A stretch of DNA of 64,000 nucleotides. It comes from Leptolyngbyaceae cyanobacterium (lineage in GTDB: Bacteria; Cyanobacteriota; Cyanobacteriia; Phormidesmidales; Phormidesmidaceae). The notes under the pieces are model-generated. The model worked only from the letters and a program-made list of their open reading frames with translations, was not told where the DNA came from and did not search any database. The stretch is from positions 11,862-75,861 of the forward strand of contig JBHJHA010000046.1 in NCBI GenBank assembly GCA_050331235.1, read 5' to 3'. Positions 28,721 to 38,232 of this stretch are shown here, piece by piece. The translations under genes and the position numbers were made by a program. The number at the start of each line of letters is the position of its first letter. The stretch's first letter is position 1.

Positions 28721-31258
28721 ATGACTATGTTTTCCCCTGTCGATCGGTCGATCCGCCCTGCGCAAATCAGCCTGCCGGAACTACTGGCCCCCGCTGGCAA
28801 TTGGGACTGTGCCAAAGCGGCGGTGGAAAACGGAGCCGACGCCATCTATTTTGGGCTTGATCGCTTCAATGCGCGGATGCGGGCGGACAATTTTACCGAG
28901 GCAGATCTGCCTGACCTCATGGCCTTTTTGCATCGTCGCGGGGTCAAAGGCTATGTCACGCTGAACACACTCATTTTCACCGCTGAGCTGCCGGCTGCTG
29001 AGCAGTATCTCAGAACGGTTATTGCGGCGGGGGTCGATGCCGCGATCGTCCAAGACATCGGCCTCTGTCGGTTAATCCGACGTCTATCGCCCGATTTTCC
29101 CATCCACGCCTCTACGCAAATGACGGTGACGAGCGCCGCTGGGGTCGCGTTTGCTCAGGAGCTCGGCTGTCAGCTCGTTGTCTTAGCGCGGGAAACGTCG
29201 CTCAAAGAAATTGATCGCATACAGCAGCAGCTCAGCGATCGCGCCGTCGCCATGCCGTTAGAGGTCTTCGTGCACGGGGCGCTGTGTGTGGCCTATTCGG
29301 GGCAGTGCTTGACCAGTGAGGCTCTGGGTGGGCGCTCAGCCAATCGGGGAGAGTGTGCCCAAGCCTGCCGCATGACCTATGACTTGATTGCGGATGGTCA
29401 GCCAATCGATGTGGGCGATCGCCAATATTTGCTCAGCCCCCAAGACCTCTCGGGTTTGCCGGTGCTGTCTGAGCTGATTACCGCTGGGGTGGCCTGCCTT
29501 AAGATCGAAGGCCGACTAAAAGCCCCAGAATACGTGGCAAATGTCACCCAGGTGTATCGCCGCGCCTTGGACCGAGTTGCGGCGCAGCTCTCGCCAGCGG
29601 CCCCCACCCCACCCCACTATCGCCCCAGTGACGACGAACGCTATCGGCTAGAAATGGCCTTTTCTCGCGGGCTGTTCACCGGCTGGTTTGAGGGCATTGA
29701 TAATCAGTCCCTCGTCCATGCCCGGTTTGGCAAAAAGCGGGGGGTTTACCTCGGTAAAGTCCAAAAGATCAACCAAGAAGGTATTCTGCTAGAGCTCCAG
29801 GCCCCCGTAAAAGCGGGGGATGGTGTGGTGTTTGATCATGGACATCCCGCTGCCAAGGAAGAAGGCGGCCGCGTCTATGCTGTGCAGCACCTGGGAAAAG
29901 CTACACTGCTGACTTTTGGTCGTCGCGATGTCAATCTCAGCCGCCTAAACGTGGGCGACTACGTTTGGAAAACTAGCGATCCTGAGCTTGATAAACAGGT
30001 GCGGCAAAGTTATGCCGGAGGTACGCCTAAGTTTCAACGGCCGATGACCCTCGAGGTGCACGGCTGCGTTGATCATCCACTGACGGCGATCGCCCGCGAT
30101 GCCCAAGGCCACATTGCTCAAGCCGCGTCGGCAATGCCGCTCGTGGCGGCCCACAACACACCCCTCAGCACCGAAAAGCTGACCCAGCAATTTAGCCGGT
30201 TGGGCAATACCCCTTTTCACCTAGAAAACCTGACGAATCAGGTTGAGGGGGACGTGATGCTGCCCGTTAGCGAACTCAACCGGTTGCGGCGAGCCTTGGT
30301 GGATAGGCTCGATCAGCAGCGATCGCGGCCCCAAGTTTGGCAACTCTCTGAAGCTGCGGCCCTGCCCACGCTGCGGCCCCCGTCACCTCCTCCTGCAGCC
30401 GCTTCGCCGGAGCTCGTTGCCCTAGTGCGTAACCAGGCCCAGCTCGCGGCGGCGATCGCCACCGACATCGCGACTATCTATTGTGAGCTGGAGAATCCTG
30501 CCGCGTATAAAGACCTGGTCCATTGGTTTCGCCAGCACCGCCGTGCGGAGACGCAAACGATTTGGGTGGCCCCACCGCGCGTTACTAAGCCCCTCGAAAA
30601 TTATATTTTGGAGCAGGTGGCGCGATCGCAGGCGGACGGCTATCTGGTGCGCAACTATAATCAGCTTGCCTGGTTCCGCGATCGGCCCTGCATTGGTGAT
30701 TTCTCCTTAAATGTGGCGAATCCGCTGACGGCCGCCTATTTCAAAGACCACTACGGTCTCGAACGGTTGACCGCATCCTACGACCTGAATATTGATCAGC
30801 TAGAAGCGCTGCTGCAGGGGAGTCCGGCCGATTGGTATGAGATCACGCTGCATCAACACATGCCGCTGTTTCACATGGAGCACTGTGTATTTTGCGCCTT
30901 TTTGTCTGACGGCAAAGATTTTCGCGACTGTGGTCGCCCCTGTGAAACCCAGACCGTGACCCTGCGCGATCGCACCGGCACGGAGCACGTGCTGCAAGCG
31001 GATGCGGGCTGCCGCAACACTCTTTACAATGGCGTGGCGCAAACGGGGGCCGAGTATGCCCAGCGCTTGATCAAAGCGGGGGCACGACGGTTTCGAGTTG
31101 AGTTTTTGGATGAGTCAGCGGAGCAGGTGGCCCAAACCCTGGCGGATTATCAAAAACTGCTCTCGGGCCAGCTCTCGGGGGCAAAGCTCTGGAAAACTCT
31201 GAAGCTAGAGAGTAAGCTCGGCGTTACCCGTGGCCCACTAGATAAAGCTCATCGCTAG
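28721..31258 (+). CDS. U32 family protein with DUF3656 (RlhA-like rRNA hydroxylation protein)
   Basis: PELLAPAG, HASTQ, HGALCVAYSGQC, NRGECAQACR, KIEGRLK; C-terminal HCVFC...CGRPC. Confidence 0.88.
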   Translation: MTMFSPVDRSIRPAQISLPELLAPAGNWDCAKAAVENGADAIYFGLDRFNARMRADNFTEADLPDLMAFLHRRGVKGYVTLNTLIFTAELPAAEQYLRTVIAAGVDAAIVQDIGLCRLIRRLSPDFPIHASTQMTVTSAAGVAFAQELGCQLVVLARETSLKEIDRIQQQLSDRAVAMPLEVFVHGALCVAYSGQCLTSEALGGRSANRGECAQACRMTYDLIADGQPIDVGDRQYLLSPQDLSGLPVLSELITAGVACLKIEGRLKAPEYVANVTQVYRRALDRVAAQLSPAAPTPPHYRPSDDERYRLEMAFSRGLFTGWFEGIDNQSLVHARFGKKRGVYLGKVQKINQEGILLELQAPVKAGDGVVFDHGHPAAKEEGGRVYAVQHLGKATLLTFGRRDVNLSRLNVGDYVWKTSDPELDKQVRQSYAGGTPKFQRPMTLEVHGCVDHPLTAIARDAQGHIAQAASAMPLVAAHNTPLSTEKLTQQFSRLGNTPFHLENLTNQVEGDVMLPVSELNRLRRALVDRLDQQRSRPQVWQLSEAAALPTLRPPSPPPAAASPELVALVRNQAQLAAAIATDIATIYCELENPAAYKDLVHWFRQHRRAETQTIWVAPPRVTKPLENYILEQVARSQADGYLVRNYNQLAWFRDRPCIGDFSLNVANPLTAAYFKDHYGLERLTASYDLNIDQLEALLQGSPADWYEITLHQHMPLFHMEHCVFCAFLSDGKDFRDCGRPCETQTVTLRDRTGTEHVLQADAGCRNTLYNGVAQTGAEYAQRLIKAGARRFRVEFLDESAEQVAQTLADYQKLLSGQLSGAKLWKTLKLESKLGVTRGPLDKAHR

Positions 31259-31283
31259 AAAACTAGTCGGGGGACTGCTCTTT

Positions 31284-31826
31284 CTAAAGCAGGATCCGAA
31301 CGTTAATCTCAATTTCTGGAAACGCTAGCGGGGCAATGACTCCTTCGCTGAATCTTCGTTCGAGGCGATAATCATCGTTTTGAGGGTCCCGATATACAAT
31401 CAGTTCACCATCTCTCAAGTTAGCGACCCAATAGTCTCCAATGCCAGCCGCCGCATAGGCGTGCCGTTTCTCATCGGTATCCTTTTCCAGCGAAGAGTTG
31501 GCAAACTCAATGATCAAAAAAACGTCCGTTGGCGTGGGGTGCCCCTGCCGGTATGCTTGTCGCCGCACTAGCGCAATGTCGGGCTCAGGTTCACTCCCGG
31601 TCGCAGCAATAGTGATAGGTTTGGCATCTCTCACCTGATAGCGCCCCTGCGATCGCGTGATAAAAAACTCCGCCACCCCCGTTGAGAGATCTGCGTGATC
31701 TGGGCCTTCGGGAGCCATTTCTAATACCAATCCATTCAGTAACTCAACGCGGCGATCGTCCAACAATCCCGCCTCGATCATGCGGTGGTAGTCAGCGATC
31801 GTCCAACGCAGCAGAGTGGTTGTCAT
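31284..31826 (-). CDS. Uma2 family (DUF820) endonuclease
   Basis: WTIADYHRM, RVELLNG, SEPEPD, LIIEFANSS, YAAAGIGDYW. Confidence 0.92.
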   Translation of the reverse strand: MTTTLLRWTIADYHRMIEAGLLDDRRVELLNGLVLEMAPEGPDHADLSTGVAEFFITRSQGRYQVRDAKPITIAATGSEPEPDIALVRRQAYRQGHPTPTDVFLIIEFANSSLEKDTDEKRHAYAAAGIGDYWVANLRDGELIVYRDPQNDDYRLERRFSEGVIAPLAFPEIEINVRILL

Positions 31827-31887
31827 AACTGTTTTCTCCCTAGCTTTTATCTAGGTATTACTGAGCAACTCTAATCTGAGCAGCCTT

Positions 31888-32544
31888 TCATGGGTTCATA
31901 TTTTCATATAGAAAAAAGCAAGCTGACCGATAAGTCGTAATCAAAACGTCATACACATGGATAAAATGACCACTCTCGTAAAAATAATTGAAGTCGCAAA
32001 CAATTCCTCCACCTTCACCAGGAATCAACTTTTTACATGGAACGGGAGCCCCTCTTTCGTCGTAGGCTAGACCAGTTTGGATATCAACATTGCAGCCATA
32101 GCGAGTTATCTTTGTGCTTATCATATGAACAATAGGCTCGAATGAGGCTTGATATAGTCCTGAATCTTTGATCTCATATGCCTGCTTAGTATGTCTATAA
32201 AGTGCTGGAAAGTCTGAATGAACTAGTTTATTCCTTATTTGTGAACTTTTCTTCAATAGAAGTCTCAAAGACTCACTTATTATGTATTGGTTTAAGCTAT
32301 CAAGTAAATCCGAATATCTTTCATAGCTGTCGTTGAGCAAATTATTCCTTCGTGCAAATTGCTGATACCCAGCACGAACGTTGTACTCAATCAAGCCACC
32401 AATGCCCGTCAATGCAAATAGCAATTTCTGCTCATCATCTGGAGAACGCTGCTTTCTTGAACCATGATCAGTCATTACATAGTTCAAGTAACTATTTATA
32501 ATAGCCGTTGGATATTCAAGAAATGGAACTCTAACTTCATTCAC
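31888..32544 (-). CDS. Hypothetical AT-rich protein with RX4H (HEPN-like) motif
   Basis: 218-aa ORF, helical character, IRNKLVH motif; start uncertain. Confidence 0.6.
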   Translation of the reverse strand: MNEVRVPFLEYPTAIINSYLNYVMTDHGSRKQRSPDDEQKLLFALTGIGGLIEYNVRAGYQQFARRNNLLNDSYERYSDLLDSLNQYIISESLRLLLKKSSQIRNKLVHSDFPALYRHTKQAYEIKDSGLYQASFEPIVHMISTKITRYGCNVDIQTGLAYDERGAPVPCKKLIPGEGGGIVCDFNYFYESGHFIHVYDVLITTYRSACFFLYENMNP

Positions 32545-32945
32545 ATCAATTAATTAGCTCTGTATAAAATTGGCCGACTAATTTATTTGTGATAGCTGCA
32601 CTTCTAATATGATACGGCCTTTCAACAAGATGTGCTTTTTTATAAGCGCACTGTTGGGTCTGAAGCAGCCATGAGATTTTTAAGCATATGCAGAAGTCGA
32701 TACACATACAGCTCAAATATGATTTACCTATTTGAATCCTTAACTCGATTAGCATGGATCTATCGACAAAAACTGAATAGGCGTTAGCTAAAAATCTTAA
32801 CAATCAAGCCGAGATATGAGTTTATACTTTCCAAGTAAAATATCTGGCCATCTAAGGCTAAAACAACTCCAATAGCTGGGTTTAAATCGTCGACACTAAG
32901 GGCCTTCGGTTCTCATATCTACTAATTTTTCTGCTGTGGAGATGG

Positions 32946-33187
32946 CTATTCTGAATCGAGCTCTCCAGCTTCGCGGCGCAGCAAGTAATCCAAAACGCGG
33001 TCATGGCGCTCACTAGCGGCTGTTAGCGCTCTGATATCGACCGCATTACGCCGAGTTTCCTGCGCGATCGCTTCAATATCTGGAGCATTCCTTTCAGCAA
33101 CTCGAGAGGCTGGAATGAGCAGCTTTCAGCGCTATCTAGCAGCGACTCTGTACGATCAAACCGTGCTGTCAGGTCATCATTAGGCAT
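32946..33187 (-). pseudogene. Frameshifted small coiled-coil protein gene
   Basis: MPNDDLTARFDRTESLLDSA / shift / KLLIPASRVAERNAPDIEAIAQETRRNAVDIRALTAASERHDRVLDYLLRREAGELDSE*; span is 242 nt; GAGG upstream of the ATG. Confidence 0.65.
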
Positions 33188-33203
33188 TGCTTAGTCCTCG
33201 CAT

Positions 33204-33299
33204 TTACTCGTTATTAAGTTCTGCCGCTTCACGGCGCAGCAAGTAACCCAAAGTTCAGTCATGCTGCTCGCTCGCTGTAACTAAACCCTCCACTTCTGG
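33204..33299 (-). pseudogene. 3' remnant of a paralog of the adjacent small gene
   Basis: PEVEGLVTASEQHD*TLGYLLRREAAELNNE* aligns with LTAASERHDRVLDYLLRREAGELDSE. Confidence 0.6.
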
Positions 33300-33375
33300 A
33301 AACGCGGCAGTTTGTTCTCCAGAGACCTCGGTAACGCCAGCGTCATCGGCGTTCAGAGACTCTAAGCTAACTCGT

Positions 33376-34197
33376 TCAACCATATCTGAGGGGGGGTGGG
33401 GGCGGCACCGAGGTCTTCCGCCCCTGCCATATCCCCAGTCCTTGTAGCCCCAACAGCGTCAAGTAAGCCGGATTTAAGAATACGTACCGCTTCCACAACC
33501 GACCAGGTTCATGGAGCAGACGATATAGCCATTCCAGTCCGCGTCGCTGCATCCAACTGGGAGCCTGGGACATCCTTCCTGCATGAAAGTCAAACGCGGC
33601 ACCGACGGCCAGACAGGGTAGGCTAATTAGCCGGCTGTTTTCATAAACCCAGACTTCCTGTCGGGGACAGCCCAGGCCAACGAAGACGATGGCGGCGCCG
33701 CTGGCACGAATGTCTTGGGCAATGGCCGCTTGCGCTTGCTCCGTAATCTGGGCAAACCGGGACGGTTGAGCCCCAGCAATGGTCAACCCCGGAAAGCGCT
33801 GTTTGAGATTCGCTTCCAGGGCCTCAAGTACAGACATGCGGCTACCGTATAAATAGATCGGCAGCCCCACTTGGGCCGCCTGCTCACAAACTTGCAGCAT
33901 CAACGTAGGACCATAGACGCGATCGGGCAGTTGCGTCTGATAGAGCCAGTTCAACGCCCAACGAACCGGTTGTCCATCGGGCACTACCAAATCGAGCTGA
34001 TTTAGCCGATAGCCCTGCTCAGCATCGAGCACCCCCGTCATAATGCCATGCACCGCCAATGCCGAGAGGGCCAAAGGTTGTCGAGACTTGGCAGCGGCGA
34101 TAATCTGCTCAACCACAGCGCGGTAATTGATGGCATTGACGCGGATACCTAAAACGTTGAACTTGCCGCTGTCAATGATTGGCGGGCTGTTCGCCAT
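33376..34197 (-). CDS. WecB/TagA/CpsF family glycosyltransferase
   Basis: VPDGQP, RVYGPTL, FVGLGCPRQE, VGAAFD, GLEWLYRL..EPGRLWKRY. Confidence 0.93.
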   Translation of the reverse strand: MANSPPIIDSGKFNVLGIRVNAINYRAVVEQIIAAAKSRQPLALSALAVHGIMTGVLDAEQGYRLNQLDLVVPDGQPVRWALNWLYQTQLPDRVYGPTLMLQVCEQAAQVGLPIYLYGSRMSVLEALEANLKQRFPGLTIAGAQPSRFAQITEQAQAAIAQDIRASGAAIVFVGLGCPRQEVWVYENSRLISLPCLAVGAAFDFHAGRMSQAPSWMQRRGLEWLYRLLHEPGRLWKRYVFLNPAYLTLLGLQGLGIWQGRKTSVPPPPPLRYG

Positions 34198-34655
34198 GAC
34201 CTTAAGTGCTAACCGAGAAATGTTCATAAAATCGTTTTGCCATCATAACCGGGGGCGCTGCATTCATGACGACCCCGGTCTCCCTTGACTCTGAAAGGCG
34301 ACTGCAAGCAGCGCAATCTCTCAGGGTGAGAGACTTTAGCACCTACCACAGCTACTCGTTAGGCAATTGAGTCAGCGGGGCATCGGTATCAACATAATTT
34401 GTGTAAAAGCCTCCTACCATGACAGCTTTTGCAAAAATCTCGGAATACTAGCGATAGCAAGCTGAGGATAAACAGCCTGGGCCGGCAGCCAACATAAACA
34501 AGTATCGCACCTTGCAGACGATGACCGGCAGAGTTGCCAGGCCACCAAGCCTTTGACAGCGGTTAGACGCAACAGTTGCCGGTAGTAATATCAACTATTC
34601 GCTATAGCCTCAGCAAAAAAGATTTCAATAGGCTAAGTAACAGGTCTAAATTCAA

Positions 34656-36410
34656 ATGAAACATAACAGTTTATTAAAGGCTAATTTATCCTATTGGCTA
34701 GTGCTGATATTAGCTTGGCTGATGTTTGTAGTCATTTGCTCGCCCCTGCGAGAAACCGTAATAGATGACGATTTTGCCACCCTTCGGGAGGCTCAAAACT
34801 ATTTGTCTTCAGGTAGCTATGTGCCCTCCCAGTGGACTGCTCCCTTCACGTTCCCACAAATTTTGTATGGGACTAAGGTTGCTGAATCACTGATTGGACT
34901 TATCTCTCTTCCAGCAGCGCTGAGGCTTTCTAACTTACCTTTCTCGCTGCTCGGAATTATTTCACTATTTATTATTTTACAACAACATACAATATCTAAA
35001 AAAGCAAGCCTGATTTGCTGCTTTCAGCTGATCGCTAGCTCTATATACATGTATTTGAGCTATCTGTTTTACTCAGACATTCCTGCTCTTGCTACGGGGT
35101 TACTGAGCATTGCTCTGTACAATTATGGATTATCAGGGAATCGGAGACTGGCTTTTCTATTCGCCTCTTTATCCGCCTCTGCTTCGATTCTCTTCCGCCA
35201 AACGGGCATTGCCATTTTTATTGCCCTTATCCTATTCATGCTGTTCAAAAAAGAGAAAGGAAAAGCAGCGCTTGCGATTACTGCGAGCCTGATATTGCCT
35301 ATAGCCTGTATTTTTTATGTGTTTTCCCACCAGGCCAATCCGGTGACTTTTGCTGCTATCACCCACAATGCTTTGCAGGCTGAATATTTGCGATCGCCCA
35401 TAGCGATCGCCGTGGAATTTATCAAGAGACTCTCTCTATTGACAATCGTGATCGTAACTCTGTCTGCACCGCTTTCATTTTTTGTTACTTGGTGCGTCTT
35501 TAGGGATATTCGTGACGATCAAGTCATGTCTACCAAAACACGATTCTTTGAGGGGCAGACTCAACTCAGTTCATCCCATCACCTGTTTCAATTGACCCTC
35601 TGTATTCTTTTTGTCATATCCATTTTGGTTAGCCGACTGATTCAAGGAGAACCCATCTGGCTTCCTTATTTGCCATGGTATTACAGCTATGAGTTTATTC
35701 CGAAGGCGATTAGCAATCCATTGTTTAGCGTATGGGTACTCTTATCTTCGGTTTTGGTTCTTTATATATTTTCATTATTCTTTTCGGAGAAATTGACTAC
35801 TGTCACTCATCCTAAAGCTGGTCAGAATATCGTTTCTGCTTCGATGCAAATTTTTGGTAAGCTCACCCTTTTCGATTGGTTTGCTGTATCTAACTTGATA
35901 TTGCTGCTTGCAATATTTAAGGTTGGAGATAAATATTTTATTGTGTTAATTCCTTGGTTTTTAGTTTTCATCGGCAGGTACTTTCAATGTTTTATTGAAA
36001 AATATTTTTTGCTGATTTTAATGATTATGAGCTTGGTGACGATAGGAAATGCGGCAATTCTAGACAAAAGTTATGCTGTCATGGAAGCAGAATTTCGAGC
36101 AGTCAGTCATCTTCAAGATTTGGGAGTGACAGACGACAATATCTGGTACAGCATGGCTAGCTACACTAACTTTAATGATTATGTAGAAGAAGTTGGTATG
36201 ATGCCGCCTCAAATAGAAAAGGGTATTTACTACGATTTTTTTAATCGTTGGGCGCCTGGGCGGGCAAGACAAGCGCAATACCACGTGGTGAGGCTTGGTG
36301 AGAGGGAAGATCAATGGACAATGGTCTCTGGAGAAATTATCAACGAAATTGAGGTGCAACACTGGGGCAGATCGACTACCAAGGTTTTGACCGTAAGAGT
36401 TTTGCCCTAG
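34656..36410 (+). CDS. Multi-pass membrane protein, GT-C (ArnT/GT39-like) glycosyltransferase
   Basis: Many TM helices; IDDD after TM1; YSDIP; LFRQTG; relatively AT-rich. Confidence 0.6.
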   Translation: MKHNSLLKANLSYWLVLILAWLMFVVICSPLRETVIDDDFATLREAQNYLSSGSYVPSQWTAPFTFPQILYGTKVAESLIGLISLPAALRLSNLPFSLLGIISLFIILQQHTISKKASLICCFQLIASSIYMYLSYLFYSDIPALATGLLSIALYNYGLSGNRRLAFLFASLSASASILFRQTGIAIFIALILFMLFKKEKGKAALAITASLILPIACIFYVFSHQANPVTFAAITHNALQAEYLRSPIAIAVEFIKRLSLLTIVIVTLSAPLSFFVTWCVFRDIRDDQVMSTKTRFFEGQTQLSSSHHLFQLTLCILFVISILVSRLIQGEPIWLPYLPWYYSYEFIPKAISNPLFSVWVLLSSVLVLYIFSLFFSEKLTTVTHPKAGQNIVSASMQIFGKLTLFDWFAVSNLILLLAIFKVGDKYFIVLIPWFLVFIGRYFQCFIEKYFLLILMIMSLVTIGNAAILDKSYAVMEAEFRAVSHLQDLGVTDDNIWYSMASYTNFNDYVEEVGMMPPQIEKGIYYDFFNRWAPGRARQAQYHVVRLGEREDQWTMVSGEIINEIEVQHWGRSTTKVLTVRVLP

Positions 36411-36593
36411 CTAGAGCAAGTTTTGGAGCTAACCCGATGCTTCACAATTAGACTTGTTCGTTCGATATTCTGCTGATGGTGATAAGTTTTGGGCCCCTTT
36501 GCGGAATACTTGGGAGCATTAGAGCCGCTTTGGCGACTTTCCGCTAATGATCAAGCGCCAAACTATTGAAGTGTTATCTGATGCCCCAGCTTT

Positions 36594-38039
36594 ATGCATC
36601 CCCAAACCCATCACTCTGCACGAAAGCTACCCTTAGATATTCGTGCCCCCCAAGGTGTCCGATTCAAGAGGGCGTTGGGCTGGCCCCTGCAGCGATCGCT
36701 GTTTTTGATGCTGGCGGATATTACGGCTTTGATGCTGGCCTGGCATATTGCGCGATCGCTCAATCAGCTCTTTTCCCCCATTCCGTCTGAGCTGGTCTGG
36801 TGGACGTGGTTGTCGATTCCCAGCCCTTTGTGGATTTTGGGAGCCTGCACTTTATTCCTAATCGGGTTCGCTGGCTTATATCGAGCCCAGTACCAGATTA
36901 AAAATTATCTGCGGGCCGGCAAATTACTAAGCCTCATTTACTTGGCATCCCTCGTGCTGATGTATTTTTATGACCCCAAGCTGGATTTACCGCGATCGCT
37001 ATTTTTCTCGGCTTGGCTATGCAGCGTGGTACTAGTCGTCCTGTTGCGACTAATATCCAGCGTGGTCCTTCGCTCAGTGGAGCGATCGTGCATCCCCAAC
37101 ACCGTTTTCCTGATTGCTCCTGCCCAACGGTTACAGCCTTTAGCCAAAGTCCTCTTCCAGCGGGCCAACATTCGCGTCATTGGTGCCGCCTTGCCCAACA
37201 CCGCCAATTCTGAGGCGACCTTTCAATCGATTTTGGCAGCCAATGCCCCCCTTGTCCTAGTGGAAAGTATTCCTACTGCTGACTTGGCTTCCGAGTTGTA
37301 CTGGAAGCTACAGCGGGCGGGGATTGCGATGCAGTTGGTGCCTGACAGCCGTGATATGCTCTTTCGCCGCGGCACCCCGGAAACCCTGGCCGGCATTCCG
37401 ACTCTCCGACTGGATGTCTCAGCGGTGGGTAACTGGGAATATCGCCTCAAGCGCTTTGTCGATTATCTGGGAGCCGGGGTTGGGGCAGTGCTATTGGTAC
37501 CGGTGTTTTTGGTTATTACCTTGTTGATAAAACTTGATTCACCGGGGCCAGTCTTTTTTCGCCAAGAGCGGGTTGGTCTGCACGGTCAGCGATTTTGGGT
37601 TTGGAAATTTCGGACGATGTGTCTCGATGCTGATCGCCAACAGGTACACCTGGAGCAGCACAACGTTTCGGCAGACGGCATTTTGTTCAAAGTCAAACGA
37701 GATCCGCGCATCACTCGGGTAGGCGCTTTTTTGCGACGCACGAGCTTGGACGAGCTGCCGCAAATCTTAAATGTTTTGCGAGGGGAAATGACCTTGGTTG
37801 GGCCTCGTCCCCTGCCGGTGCGGGATGTCGCTCGATTCGACGGCTGGCATCACATCCGCCATCAGGTATTGCCGGGTATCACGGGACTCTGGCAGATCTC
37901 AGGTCGGTCTAATATTGACAGCTTTGATGATGTGGCGCGGCTCGATCTGCACTACATCGATAACTGGTCACTCAACCTAGATTTAGAAATCTTGGCGGAA
38001 ACTCTACGAATTGTCATCGTGGGGAAAGGCGCTTACTAA
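36594..38039 (+). CDS. Priming sugar transferase (polyprenyl glycosylphosphotransferase, WcaJ/WbaP-like)
   Basis: KFRTM, DPRITRVG, SLDELPQ, LVGPRP, PGITGLWQISGRS. Confidence 0.93.
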   Translation: MHPQTHHSARKLPLDIRAPQGVRFKRALGWPLQRSLFLMLADITALMLAWHIARSLNQLFSPIPSELVWWTWLSIPSPLWILGACTLFLIGFAGLYRAQYQIKNYLRAGKLLSLIYLASLVLMYFYDPKLDLPRSLFFSAWLCSVVLVVLLRLISSVVLRSVERSCIPNTVFLIAPAQRLQPLAKVLFQRANIRVIGAALPNTANSEATFQSILAANAPLVLVESIPTADLASELYWKLQRAGIAMQLVPDSRDMLFRRGTPETLAGIPTLRLDVSAVGNWEYRLKRFVDYLGAGVGAVLLVPVFLVITLLIKLDSPGPVFFRQERVGLHGQRFWVWKFRTMCLDADRQQVHLEQHNVSADGILFKVKRDPRITRVGAFLRRTSLDELPQILNVLRGEMTLVGPRPLPVRDVARFDGWHHIRHQVLPGITGLWQISGRSNIDSFDDVARLDLHYIDNWSLNLDLEILAETLRIVIVGKGAY

Positions 38040-38232
38040 GGGCTGCCATTATTTGATAGTCCAACCATTTCAGAGATAGATGACAGCCCTGAGCTGGTGA
38101 AGGGAGTGCAGGCGCGATGTCGTGTAGCCTCAAGGGTGGCTGGGATGGAAGAATGACACCTCCTAGAACACCGATCTCTAGACTCGGCGGGCAGAAATCT
38201 GAGTGTGATATGCAGAGCGAGACAGGATCCCC

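Noticed and set aside
32546..32803. 85-aa ORF upstream of the HEPN-like gene as a possible antitoxin
   Set aside because: TTG start, no nucleotidyltransferase or HTH motif; probably spurious in AT-rich DNA.
38065..38080. AGATAGA half-site of the stress motif
   Set aside because: Left half is poor and there is no -10 box at 22-23 nt.
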